A stretch of DNA of 64,000 nt, taken from the NCBI GenBank assembly GCA_041750285.1, contig JBGSZS010000019.1, positions 96,001 to 160,000 on the forward strand, written 5' to 3'. Under the pieces are notes generated by a model. The model searched no databases. It saw only the letters and a list, made by a program, of their open reading frames with translations, and had not been told where the DNA came from. The DNA comes from Candidatus Fermentibacteraceae bacterium (GTDB taxonomy: Bacteria > Fermentibacterota > Fermentibacteria > Fermentibacterales > JCC-6). This document shows positions 36,422-46,900 of this stretch, piece by piece (position 1 is the stretch's first letter; each line of letters opens with the position of its first letter). The position numbers were made by a program, and so were the translations under genes.

Positions 36422-37303
36422 ATGGGAAGTGACCCGCAGAGCCAGTGGCGAATTGAGTTCGCCCGCGAGATCGCTGCGGTTTACGCCGGGCGAAAAGGCG
36501 TCAGGACGATCGTTCTGGGGGGTTCACCGTCCCGGGGGCTCTCCGACGAATACTCCGACCTGGACATCGTGGTCTACTGGGACGTGATGGACCGTGAATT
36601 CATCTCGGGAGCGCCTTTGGCCGGGTATGGAGGAAAGGTCGGCCTTCAGGTCAGGGAGCCTGACGGCACGATCCGGATGGAGCTTTATATTTTCGGCACA
36701 CTGATAGTCGAGGTCGGGCATATCACAGTTGCTGAATGGGAAGGGATGCTCGACGAAGTTCTGGCAAAGAACAGCTTCTACCCCCACGACATCAAATCCA
36801 TCGGCGGTTTTCGAGACGCTTTGCCGCTTTACGCCCCCGGAGCCTACGACGGTCTTCGGCGGCGCGTTTCGGAGATGCCCCGCGGCACGGCGGTGAAGCT
36901 CGTTTCGATGAACCTTGGGTTTTTCTGGCCGGGGTGCATACTGAACCAGGGGGTCAGGCGGAACGAGACCGTCTTCTACCACGATGCCTTCTGCATGACT
37001 GTGAAACGTCTCGTCGGGATACTGGCGGGACTGAACCATCACTTCGCCAGCCCCGTGGAGCCCAGATGGCTCGACTACGAGCTGGCCCGGATGGCACTCA
37101 AACCTCCCGACATGTGGCCCAGGATATGCTCGCTCTTCACGCTGCCGCCTGAAGAAGCCGTGGAAGTGCTGGAAGCCATGAAGGACGAGGTCATCGGCCT
37201 GGTCCGCGAACACATGCCGGAAGTCGACATGACCAGGTACGACGAAAGCAACGCCCTTCTGATACAGTCGACCACTGAGAAGCCGGTACTGAAGCGGGGT
37301 TGA
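36422..37303 (+). CDS. Pol-beta superfamily nucleotidyltransferase with a helical C-domain
   Basis: LGGSPSRGLSDEYSDLDIVV (GS...DxD). Confidence 0.75.
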   Translation: MGSDPQSQWRIEFAREIAAVYAGRKGVRTIVLGGSPSRGLSDEYSDLDIVVYWDVMDREFISGAPLAGYGGKVGLQVREPDGTIRMELYIFGTLIVEVGHITVAEWEGMLDEVLAKNSFYPHDIKSIGGFRDALPLYAPGAYDGLRRRVSEMPRGTAVKLVSMNLGFFWPGCILNQGVRRNETVFYHDAFCMTVKRLVGILAGLNHHFASPVEPRWLDYELARMALKPPDMWPRICSLFTLPPEEAVEVLEAMKDEVIGLVREHMPEVDMTRYDESNALLIQSTTEKPVLKRG

Positions 37304-37305
37304 GC

Positions 37306-38391
37306 CTATCTTTCCGGCCCGGTTCCGGAACCCAGCACCGACGCCCCGAGCTGGCCGCAGGCGCCCTGCACATCCGAGCCCCGTGACTTTCTGAGAGTGA
37401 CGGCAGGGCAGCGGGGGAAGAGGCGGGCCATGAATGAGCTCACTGCGCGTTCATCTGGCCTTTTCCATGGGAGGCCGGTTACCCGGTTGTAGAGCAGCAG
37501 GTTTATCTTGCAGGGCAGCCCCTGGGCGAAGTCGGCCAGGGCGTCGGCCTCCCGTTCCGAATCGTTGACCCCGGCGATCAGGCAGTATTCGAGGGTGACC
37601 CTTCTTCCAACGGCATCGGTCCAGGCCATGAGACTCTGCTTGAGCTGGTGCAGGCTTGTGGCCGAGGCAGCGGGGACCAGCATCTCCCTGGTCTTCGCAA
37701 CTGCGCTGTGGAGTGAGAGGGCCAGGCCGTACTGTCTTTCCAGTCTGGACAGCCTCTCTATCCCGTTGGGAAGCCCTATGGTGGAGATGGTGATCTTCCT
37801 CTGGCCTATGCAGATCCCCGAATCGTGGCTTATCACAAGAAGTGCCGGAAGCACCTGGTCGAGGTTGTCGAGCGGCTCGCCCATGCCCATGAGCACGACG
37901 TTCGATATCCTCTCCTGCGAGGCTTTCCTCAGTGCGTAGAGCTGGGCCGTTATCTCATGCGAGGAGAGGTTCCGCCTGAAGCCGACCTGCCCCGTCATGC
38001 AGAAGGCGCACTTCATTCTGCACCCGACCTGGGTGGAGAGGCAAGCCGTAAGCCTTGGAGGTTCGGGGATCAGGACCGATTCGGCCACCAGACCGTCAGG
38101 GAGCCTCAGAAGGAACCTCTGTGTGCCGTCATTGCCGTCGGCCCTTTCGATGGTTTCGAGGACGGTAAGGGCGGCGCACTCGGAAAGCCTTTCCCGGAGT
38201 GCCTTCGGGATGTCCGTCATGTCGTTTACCGACTCCGCGCCCCTGTGATGGATCCAGGAGAAGAGCTGCCTGGCCCTGAACGGTCGTTCGAGAAGCTCTC
38301 CCGCCACCCAGTCCTGCAATTCCTCCCACGGCATGCCCGTGAGGTGCTGGACCGGGGTATATTTGGATTCATCAGCCCTGTTCATGGTCAT
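37306..38391 (-). CDS. rlmN: 23S rRNA m2A2503 / tRNA methyltransferase RlmN
   Basis: CLSTQVGCRMKCAFC, MGMGEPL, SLHSA, GVNDS, GACGQL. Confidence 0.95.
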   Translation of the reverse strand: MTMNRADESKYTPVQHLTGMPWEELQDWVAGELLERPFRARQLFSWIHHRGAESVNDMTDIPKALRERLSECAALTVLETIERADGNDGTQRFLLRLPDGLVAESVLIPEPPRLTACLSTQVGCRMKCAFCMTGQVGFRRNLSSHEITAQLYALRKASQERISNVVLMGMGEPLDNLDQVLPALLVISHDSGICIGQRKITISTIGLPNGIERLSRLERQYGLALSLHSAVAKTREMLVPAASATSLHQLKQSLMAWTDAVGRRVTLEYCLIAGVNDSEREADALADFAQGLPCKINLLLYNRVTGLPWKRPDERAVSSFMARLFPRCPAVTLRKSRGSDVQGACGQLGASVLGSGTGPER

Positions 38392-38406
38392 GATGGAGGA
38401 AAGATA

Positions 38407-39264
38407 ATGGCAAAGCGTATCGGCATCATAGGAGGAAGCGGCCTCTATTCCATTCCCGGCATTACCGTGAAGGGAGTGGAGATGGTGGAGACGCCCTTTG
38501 GAGAACCGTCATCACCGGTGGTGCTTGGGGAACTGCATGGGGTGGAGACCGCGTTCATGGCCAGACACGGCGAAGGCCACAGATACACCCCTTCCGAGGT
38601 TCCCTACGCCGCCAACATCTACGCGCTCAAGTCCCTGGGGGTCGAAACGCTCATCAGTTTCAGCGCCGTGGGAAGCCTGCGGGAAGAGATAGCCCCCAGG
38701 CATTTCGTGGTGCCGGACCAGTTGTTCGACAGGACGCTCGGGGACCGGAGGAACACCTTCTTCGGCCGGGGCGCAGTGGCCCATGCCTCGTTCGGAGACC
38801 CGTTCTGTCCGGCACTGCGTGGTATTCTCACCCGGGCTGCCGAGTCCGCCGGGGCGGTCGTTCACTCCGGCGGAACCCTCGTTGTCATGGAGGGCCCGGC
38901 GTTCAGCACCAGGGCTGAGAGCAATTTCTACAGGTCCATCGGTGCCTCGGTAATCGGCATGACCGCCCTGCCCGAGGCCAAGCTGGCACGGGAAGCCGGA
39001 ATCTGTTACGCCACAATCGCCATGAGCACCGACTACGACTGCTGGCGCGAGGCAGGCGAGGAAGTCACGGGCGCCATGGTGTTCCAGGTCATGCAGGACA
39101 ATGCGGCCATGGCCCTTGACGTGCTCGGAAAGGCCCTTGCCCTTCTTGGAGGTTCCGGTACCGGTTTTCAGTGCAACTGCAGGGAACCGCTGGGCGTGGT
39201 CACAGGTCACGACAAACGCGACGGCGAACTGATGAACTCGCTGGAAGTGGTTCTGAGGCGCTGA
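38407..39264 (+). CDS. mtnP: S-methyl-5'-thioadenosine phosphorylase
   Basis: IGIIGGSGLY, TPFG, RHGEGH, MEGPAFSTRAES, GMTALPEAKLAREA, TDYDCW. Confidence 0.94.
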   Translation: MAKRIGIIGGSGLYSIPGITVKGVEMVETPFGEPSSPVVLGELHGVETAFMARHGEGHRYTPSEVPYAANIYALKSLGVETLISFSAVGSLREEIAPRHFVVPDQLFDRTLGDRRNTFFGRGAVAHASFGDPFCPALRGILTRAAESAGAVVHSGGTLVVMEGPAFSTRAESNFYRSIGASVIGMTALPEAKLAREAGICYATIAMSTDYDCWREAGEEVTGAMVFQVMQDNAAMALDVLGKALALLGGSGTGFQCNCREPLGVVTGHDKRDGELMNSLEVVLRR

Positions 39265-40172
39265 TGACGACTGTTGGGGAGCTTGGGGAGAGGGGTCTCG
39301 TAAGGCTTCTGAGAAGCGAGCTGGGGCTTGACCTGGCCGGTGATGACGGCGCAGTGCTTCCCGGCATCCCTTCCCCTGTTGTGACAGTCGACTCGTACTT
39401 CGAGGGGGTTCACTTCCACAGGTGGTGGTGTGCACCGGAACGGCTGGGTCGAAGGCTTCTTGAGGCCACCCTTTCCGACCTGGCGGCCATGGGTGCGGAA
39501 CCACTGTGGTCATTTGCCGCGATCAACCTTCCCCCCGATATGGAGGTGGACTGGTTGCTGGGTTTCTACAGGGGACTGACTGGGCGTCCTGAATGCCGGC
39601 TGGCGGGGGGGGAGACAATCCGGGGCGAAAGTTTCGGCATCACGCTGACAGCCATCGGCTCTCTGGATGGGGCTCCACTTCTGCGCTCGGCTGCCGTTCC
39701 CGGCGAGGCCCTGTTCGTGACGGGCCCGCTCGGGCGAACCCTTTCCTCCCCCCGGCTTCTCGACGAATCGAGGGAAAGGATTCTGTCTCCCCTTGAAACG
39801 GAACACGTAAGGCTTTTCCTTGAGCCCCGGGCCAGGTTCGACGCCTCACGGGTCATCCGCGCGGCGGGGTGCCGTTGCGCCATAGACATATCCGACGGGC
39901 TTTCAAGCGAAGCGGCGCACATCGCCTGCGAAAGCGCTGTAAGGGTCTGTGTTTCACCCGAAAGCGTTCCCCTGGTGCCCTATGCCGCCGGGAGACCGGA
40001 AGAGGCGTTTCGTGCCGGCGAGGACTACGAGCTGCTGTTTACCGCAAGGGCGGAAAGCGTTTTTCCGGGGTGTTTCCGGATCGGGTGGATCGAGGAGGGG
40101 GAAGGAGTGGTGCTTGTTTACCCCGACGGCCGCACCCGGCCCCCCGGCGAGGGTTACGACCACTTCACCTGA
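39264..40172 (+). CDS. thiL: Thiamine-monophosphate kinase
   Basis: GDDGAV, EGVHF, LSDLAAMG, IDISDGL, GEDYELLFT, GYDHF. Confidence 0.92.
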   Translation: MTTVGELGERGLVRLLRSELGLDLAGDDGAVLPGIPSPVVTVDSYFEGVHFHRWWCAPERLGRRLLEATLSDLAAMGAEPLWSFAAINLPPDMEVDWLLGFYRGLTGRPECRLAGGETIRGESFGITLTAIGSLDGAPLLRSAAVPGEALFVTGPLGRTLSSPRLLDESRERILSPLETEHVRLFLEPRARFDASRVIRAAGCRCAIDISDGLSSEAAHIACESAVRVCVSPESVPLVPYAAGRPEEAFRAGEDYELLFTARAESVFPGCFRIGWIEEGEGVVLVYPDGRTRPPGEGYDHFT

Positions 40173-41712
40173 CCGGATTCGACCCGTGTGTGATGAGATG
40201 GAACCCAGGCATCGAGTAATCCAGCACAAGGGTGTATCGCGAAAGGATACCGCTTCCCAGGATGCCGTCGTAGCGGGAAAGGGCCCCCGTGTCATCAAAG
40301 ACCGACGCTTCGCCGCACGGGATGGTGGCGCCCGCAAGAGTAAGCGATTCCACCTGCAGAAGCCTGACCGTTCCACTGCCGCCAACCGCTTCGACCCGGG
40401 ATTCGCGGTACGGTCTTTCCGTGAGCTCTCCGCCCCTGCTCTCCATGAAAGTGCGGGTGAGGTGGAGTGAGCCCCCGGCACCAGTGTCCAGAAGCAGGGT
40501 CACGGGTATGCTGTCCTCGATGACGGCCTCGAACGAGATCAGGCTCATCGAGAGTTCGCCCTGAACCCGGAGCGCGCCCGGAGGAGGGGTGTATTCGCCG
40601 GGCCGGTGAAGCGTGAGGGTGCCTGCGGGGTAGTCGATCTCGGTGACGAACCTGCTGAGGAAGTCATACCCCAGTATCATGTCAATGCTCCTGCCCGTGG
40701 CGGGAAGGAATGCGTCGCGGATGGGGAGAACCGCCGGCATCTGGCCCCTCAGGATGGCGCCCGCGACCTCGTAGCTGTCGACCGGGGCGAAGGAGAACTC
40801 CTGCGAGCCTCCCAGACCCTGTGCTCTGAAAGCCCCTTCCGAAAGCAGCCCCAGTTCCAGGGCGAAGGCACTGTCGAGCAGGGTGGCACCGGCACCGCTG
40901 TCGAGCACGGCCAGGGCTTCCCGGCCGTTGACCCTTGCGGATAGATATATGTGACCGCCGTGAAGCTGGAACTGCTCGGGTGTTCCTGATAACGTGAGCT
41001 GCCAGTCCGGGGCGCCGGGTATCAGCGAGAAGATGCTGTCGTGAAACAGGTGGGCGGTGTTGAACTCGGTCAGGATGTTCCTGCTGGTGCTCTCCATGCC
41101 CATTTCCGGCAGAACGTCCCTGGTGGAGAGGGCGATCGTCACCCCGTCGACCGTGGTGAAGTCTTCGGGGTACTGAACCATCGTCATGCCCATGGCTGTG
41201 GTGATCAGGGCAACGGGCAGTCCCGACTCGCACGAGATGCAGTAGACCACCGGTGTCCCGAGATCGAGCAGTACGAGGGAAACCCTTTTTCCCTCGACCA
41301 GCGAGTCACCAAGGTACTCGAGGTTTTCATCCTCCAGGAAAGCGCTGTTGAAGACCGTTGCCCTGGCGCTTTCCAGCTGCGAAAGACCGTCCTGACCGGC
41401 CGGGGCCAGATTGCCGTTCCTGTCGAGGCTCCAGACGCTGTCGCCCAGGAAGAGCATGTTCTGCTCGACAGGACCCAGTGATACCCTCACCCTTCCCATG
41501 AAGGGCTCCCTGACCCACCACGCCTCGCTCAGCCCCGAAAGCCCGGCCATGTTCAGGCTGTCCACGGTGTGCACGGACTGGATCCCCTCGAGGGCCTCCC
41601 GTCCTCCCAGTGCGTTCAGGTACGATTCGACCGTGCCGTTGAGATCGTTGCCTGCCGGTCCCGAGCAGCACGTCATGGTGAAAAGGGCTGAAAGCCCTGC
41701 GGTTCTCAGCAA
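40165..41712 (-). CDS. Exported (lipo)protein with two retropepsin-like aspartyl protease domains
   Basis: VLDSGAG...ILGYDFL and LLDTGAG...GILGSGIL; N-terminal YLNALGG domain. Confidence 0.8.
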   Translation of the reverse strand: MLRTAGLSALFTMTCCSGPAGNDLNGTVESYLNALGGREALEGIQSVHTVDSLNMAGLSGLSEAWWVREPFMGRVRVSLGPVEQNMLFLGDSVWSLDRNGNLAPAGQDGLSQLESARATVFNSAFLEDENLEYLGDSLVEGKRVSLVLLDLGTPVVYCISCESGLPVALITTAMGMTMVQYPEDFTTVDGVTIALSTRDVLPEMGMESTSRNILTEFNTAHLFHDSIFSLIPGAPDWQLTLSGTPEQFQLHGGHIYLSARVNGREALAVLDSGAGATLLDSAFALELGLLSEGAFRAQGLGGSQEFSFAPVDSYEVAGAILRGQMPAVLPIRDAFLPATGRSIDMILGYDFLSRFVTEIDYPAGTLTLHRPGEYTPPPGALRVQGELSMSLISFEAVIEDSIPVTLLLDTGAGGSLHLTRTFMESRGGELTERPYRESRVEAVGGSGTVRLLQVESLTLAGATIPCGEASVFDDTGALSRYDGILGSGILSRYTLVLDYSMPGFHLITHGSNPVR

Positions 41713-41719
41713 CGCAGCC

Positions 41720-42643
41720 TCACCTTTCCGTGAAATACGCCCTCATGTTCATCTCCAGGTTCGAGCTGATACCGGAGTACAGGGCGCTCAACTCACAGCC
41801 ATCGGTGTAGTCAAGGTTCCAGAGCGGTATCATGTCGGAGGGGCAGTGCCCCACGGCCATCATCGAGTCGGTCCTCATGAGGAGGGGATCGATGGGAAGG
41901 CCGGGGATAACCGAATCGAGAACCGTCCATGCGTGGAAGAGCAGGCTGTCGCCCCGGAACATCACCCCTCCGACAACGTGGATCGGAACAAGGCTTCCCC
42001 GGACCTGTGCAGCAAGTTCCCGGGACATTTCAAGGCAGGGTCCGGGATCGGCCCGGGTTCCCTCGACCCGTCGCGCGATATCCATGAGAGCCCGCAGGGT
42101 GTGGTCTGCAAGCACTGTGTCAATGGGTCTGTAAGTGTGGGGCTCCTGATGGACTCTCAGCCTGATCGCCTTGAAGATCCTGTCTCCCGGGGCAAGGGAA
42201 TCCACCACGCATGTCAGAACCGGACCTCCCCCTGAGAAGTCGCTCCCGAGAATGATCATGGTCTGATATGGCCCGTGTGAGGCGGGTCGTGGAACCATCA
42301 GCACCACATTTCTGACCATGGTCTCGCCCCTGTTGCGAAGGCACGCCTCCAGAACGAGGGTGGTATCGAGTGTGGACACGCCGCGCAGCCTGTCGCTGAG
42401 CCAGCCGGGGGTGGAGGGGCTGGTCTGGGCAACCGCCAGTGAATAAACCCTTGCCGCGTCCGTGAACCTTCCCGCCAGCTCGAGCAACCTGGCAAACTCA
42501 ACCACTCCCGCGCCGTCGGTCCGCGCCCCCTGCTCGGCAAACAGAAGCGCGCGCAGCGGCACCTCCCTTATGGTCAGAAGCGCCCGTGCGCTGTCGGATG
42601 GGCAGTAGGGCATCAGAAGCAATGCGGTGAGAATTGCCGTCAT
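41720..42643 (-). CDS. Exported TPR-like + transglutaminase-like protein
   Basis: ARLLELAGRFTDAARVY (TPR-like); GPCLEMS...VPIHVVGG...HAW...PIDP (Cys-His-Asp pattern). Confidence 0.62.
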   Translation of the reverse strand: MTAILTALLLMPYCPSDSARALLTIREVPLRALLFAEQGARTDGAGVVEFARLLELAGRFTDAARVYSLAVAQTSPSTPGWLSDRLRGVSTLDTTLVLEACLRNRGETMVRNVVLMVPRPASHGPYQTMIILGSDFSGGGPVLTCVVDSLAPGDRIFKAIRLRVHQEPHTYRPIDTVLADHTLRALMDIARRVEGTRADPGPCLEMSRELAAQVRGSLVPIHVVGGVMFRGDSLLFHAWTVLDSVIPGLPIDPLLMRTDSMMAVGHCPSDMIPLWNLDYTDGCELSALYSGISSNLEMNMRAYFTER

Positions 42644-43869
42644 TTCCGGAGGACCGCCACAGGGTCCATGGAAGCGGCCTTGCCCGCCGGAACCATGGCG
42701 GAGAGGATGCTCATCCCCACTGCAGCCAGGGCTGCGATAAGGGTGCTGGTGGCCGACACCCTGACCGGGAGGTTGTCGTGGAAGGAGTAGACGTCCGGGA
42801 GGCTCACGAGCCCCGTGGAAGACAGTATGTGGCATCCCAGAAGACCAAGGCCGACCCCTAGCAGGGCCCCGGTGACGCCCACGAAAACCCCTTCCCAGAG
42901 GAATATCCGTGCCACCAGAGAGTCGCTTCCCCCCATGGCCCTGAGTACGGCGATGTCGCGCCGTCTTTCGACCACGCTCCTTGCAACCGTTCCCATGATG
43001 TTGAATGTCGCCACCAGTGTTATCAGAAGCAGTGCGGCCAGGGATCCGAGCCGTTCGAGCTGCATGCTCGCAGCCAGCGCTGGGTTCCGCTGCTTCCAGG
43101 TCATGACCTGAAGCGAATCTGGAAGGAAGGCTTCGAGTGCCTGCCTGGCGGCTTCTTCATCGAAACCCACGGCCGGAGTCACCTGGATTCCGCTCAAGCC
43201 CCCTCCCGGCATGAACATGCGGGCCGCCACGGAGAGGGGGACCCATGCCAGGTTCCTGTCGTTGGCGGGCAGACCCGTTTCAACCGCGCCCACGAAAACC
43301 GCACGGGCGCTGCTGGAACGGCCGGAGAAAAGGCTTCTCGGCGGGAAGAACACGATGGTGTCGCCCGAGCCGTGCATGAATTCGTCGGCAAGGTACAAAC
43401 CCATGATCACACCAGGGAGACCCCCCGTGTCGGAAAGAGCGCACGAACCCCACACCATCAGCGAATCAACGCCGGGGAAGAGGGGAGCATCAGCCGGAAC
43501 CCCGCGGACCAGACAGCCCGTTTCGATGTTTCTTGCCGGGAGCCGTGCGATTGCCTCGCCCTGCACGTAGGGAACCGCGGAGGCGACTTCGGGTAGTTCC
43601 AATAGGCTTTCCATGAAGCCCGGGTCGTCGGGTACGACCCCGGCTCCCGCGGGGAGAACGGCAAGGGAGGCGTCAACATTCAAAACGCTCTCCGTGATGA
43701 AATGCTCAAGGCCGTCCAGCACGCCCATGACCACGACAAGGGCGGAGACGCCCAGTGCTACACCGGCCACGCTTACCACGGTGCTGAACGCCACCCTTTT
43801 CCGGGACGGATGGCGTCTCAGACACCGCCAGGCTATCCGAAATGATACTGAATCGAAACCGGATCTCAT
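42640..43869 (-). CDS. LolC/E-family ABC transporter permease
   Basis: GVALGVSALVVVMGVLDG, TWKQRN, LVATFNI, ERRRDIAVLRAMG, PAGKAASMDPVAVLR. Confidence 0.88.
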   Translation of the reverse strand: MRSGFDSVSFRIAWRCLRRHPSRKRVAFSTVVSVAGVALGVSALVVVMGVLDGLEHFITESVLNVDASLAVLPAGAGVVPDDPGFMESLLELPEVASAVPYVQGEAIARLPARNIETGCLVRGVPADAPLFPGVDSLMVWGSCALSDTGGLPGVIMGLYLADEFMHGSGDTIVFFPPRSLFSGRSSSARAVFVGAVETGLPANDRNLAWVPLSVAARMFMPGGGLSGIQVTPAVGFDEEAARQALEAFLPDSLQVMTWKQRNPALAASMQLERLGSLAALLLITLVATFNIMGTVARSVVERRRDIAVLRAMGGSDSLVARIFLWEGVFVGVTGALLGVGLGLLGCHILSSTGLVSLPDVYSFHDNLPVRVSATSTLIAALAAVGMSILSAMVPAGKAASMDPVAVLRK

Positions 43870-43902
43870 GACCAGAACGGAACCTCCACGGGCAAAGTGA
43901 AC

Positions 43903-43912
43903 TGCTATTATA
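43903..43912. promoter_or_regulatory. Overlapping divergent -10 elements (possible bidirectional promoter)
   Basis: Plus strand TG-C-TATTAT (43903-43911); minus strand TATAAT (43907-43912) in an 89-bp divergent gap. Confidence 0.55.
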
Positions 43913-43958
43913 TATGGATCGCCAGTGGGGCCACGATCTTAACCGGGAGGGTTTCTGC

Positions 43959-46900
43959 ATGACGGGTCTTCAGGTTCTTCTCGCGGTCCTTGCAGGAAGC
44001 TTTTCCACTACCGTCGAGACCGGGACGGCCACCCTGACGCCCCAGGGCGGAGCCTTTCGTCCCGAATTGCCGGGGATGCACTGCGTGCCCTCCACTGGTG
44101 GAGTCCTGAGTCCTTCCAGGGTATTCTTCGTTCCTGTCCCGCCAGGTGTCCGGCCGGTGCTTGACTTCAATGTAGATGCCGTGAGTGCCACCGGATGGGA
44201 CGCCATGCCCTGGGCTCTGGTCCCGGCGGTTGCAGGGTCGGGCATGGAGATGACGGAGATCCACGCATCGACACTCTCGGTGCCTCCAAGCGACGCTGTC
44301 ACCATGAGGGTCATTCCCCTTGCGGGAACCCGTGTGGCAATGGTCACGGTGGATCCATTCTGTTTCGGCGACCTTTCCAGGTACGCCTCCAGGGTCAGTT
44401 TCAGTGTTTCCTGGCCGGAAAGGGGCGGAGGCAGGCCTCTTTCGGGAAGCCTTCTCGAGGGCGTGGCGCCGGGGGGATCGCTCTGGTGGCGGGACCGGCA
44501 GCGCTCCGTCGAAAGCCCGTTCTGGGGAAAGCCCTGGGCAAGGATAAGTGTCACGGAAACCGGCTTTTATGCCGTCACCGGGCAACAGCTCCAGGATGCG
44601 GGATGCCAGGTGGCCGGAATGCCCTCCGAATCGTTCTCCATGATTTCCGGCCCGGGAATGCCCTTCGTTCTTGAGGATTATGCCGACGAACACGTGCCCG
44701 AGCCCGTAGCGCTCTCGGTCTCGGACGGGGGCGATGGCCTGTTCGATCCGGCCGACACGCTCTTCTTCTACGGTTCAGCCCTTGTCAGAACCGTGCCCGA
44801 GGGCGACAGCCTCGGCCACACGTGGCACAGGTACGATGACTCCAACACTTACTGGCTGACCTGGGGCGGCTCTCCCGGGGTCAGGATGGAGAACTCCGAC
44901 GCATCGCTTCAGGGGTACCCCCAGTGGGGAACCACTGCTCCCCACCTGCTCTGGCTCGAGCAGGAATACACCTGGTACGTTGAAGAGGACAGGACGGGCT
45001 GGTGCTGGTCACCGATCCCCCAGGGCAGCCCCTCGTACATCTATTTCTCGCCTCCCCCCGGCAGTTCCGGAAGGACCATGAGGGTGAGCATCATGCACCC
45101 CAGGATAGGCAGCGGATCCGACAGCCTGGTTCTGAACGGGGTGACTGTTGTCGACACCACGTTCCTTATCAACCGGTACACATGGCTCTGGTGCATCGAC
45201 GACCCGCCGCTGAACCAGGGCATGAATACGCTGAAGATCTGGTCATCCAACACCGAGGGGTCTTCGGCGTTCAACTACCTCGAACTCGAGCTCGAGACCC
45301 CTCTGGCTCCCGACAGGCAACTGTTCTTCCTTGACCGGCCGGCCGGGTCGTACACCTTCGAAGTCCCGGGAGTCGAGCCCGGGGCAAGGGCCTTCCTGAC
45401 AGGCTCACCCTTCCGTCCGGTCGAGCTCGTGAACTGGACGTTGTCCGGCGGCGTTGCGGGAATGTCCATAGACACCGATCCTGCAGGCTCGGTCTGGATC
45501 GTAAACCCCGGAAGCTACCTTCAGCCTGCATCTGTCGAGTATGCCCAACCCGGCCGTATCGTCGGCACAGGGCTCGAGGGTGATGTGATGGTTCTCTTCC
45601 CCGAGTCTCTCATCGAGTACGCATCTGCCATCGAAGCCGTGTACGCCGCAAGGGGGCTCTCCATTTTCCCTGCGACCTACAGGGAGGTTTACGACGAGTT
45701 CAACCAGGGCGTGGAATCACCCGGAGCGGTCCGCTCTTTCGTCAGGCATGCGCTCGACCATTGGGTTGTCCCTCCCCAGGCGCTCCTTCTCGTGGGCGAC
45801 AGCAACCACGACCCGCTTGGGCACTCGACCGGCGCCAGACCCCTGTCTCCCCTCTTTCGGACGATAGGCGCAAGTGACAACAAGTACGGTGCGGGCGACG
45901 GCGGTTTCGTGACCGTTCACGAGGGGGCGATCGCCCCGGAGATCCCGGTTTCAAGGCTCCCGGTCTCCTCGGGCGCCGAACTTCAGGAATACCTTGACAG
46001 GCTCACGGCCTACGAACAAAGCCGGTCCGACGGCACGTGGGCCAACCGTGTGGTAATAGCCGCTGACGACGAATGGAACGGTTCCATTTTCTCCGAAACC
46101 GTCCATACCCTTGCCGCCGAGACCTTTGTCAACTCCGTTCTGCCTTTTTCGGTGAATGTTGAGAAGGTGTATCTGGTCAACTACCCCTGGCCGCAGGGAA
46201 CCTCGCCTGACGGTGTTCATCCCGAAAAGCCCCAGGCCCGGGAGGATTTCGTAAATGCCATCAACCAGGGCTGTTCAATGGTGGTCTTCTACGGCCACGG
46301 CTCCTACAATCAGATAGCACAGGAGAACCTGTTCTCAACACTCGATGTCCCCGGTCTGGTGAACCATCCAAGGCTGCCCGTGGCCTTCTTTGCGAGCTGT
46401 AACACCGGCCAGTTCGACATGCTGGGTGCCGAGTGCTTCAGCGAGATGCTGGTGAACAACCTTCAGGGCGGCGCCATCGCGGCCATCGGGTCATCAGACA
46501 TCAGCACGGCCCCGCAGAACACGCAGCTTCTCAGCGTGTTTCTGGAATCGGTTTACGGACCACAGCGCATGAGCGTCTCGAAAGCATTGTGGAAAGCCAG
46601 GATCGAAGCTCCGGGCTTCTACTGGAACCACTACTACAATGTGCTCGGAGACGGCGGTGTGGTGCCCCCCATGGGGGACGGCGGGGGAACGGTCCTTCAG
46701 GTCCCGGCATCGGGATTGCTTCGGGGCAGGCTCAATTCCGTGGAGATCGGTTTCCCCTCTCAGCGGACCTTTCAGGTCTCGGTAAGCGAGAGCGGCGACA
46801 GCGTGGTCTACGTGAGCCCCCTGTCCGGCGTTTCCATCCCCTGGATAAGATTTGGGGAAAGCGCGTTCAGGGGCATTTCCGAAACCGGCCCTGACGGCAC

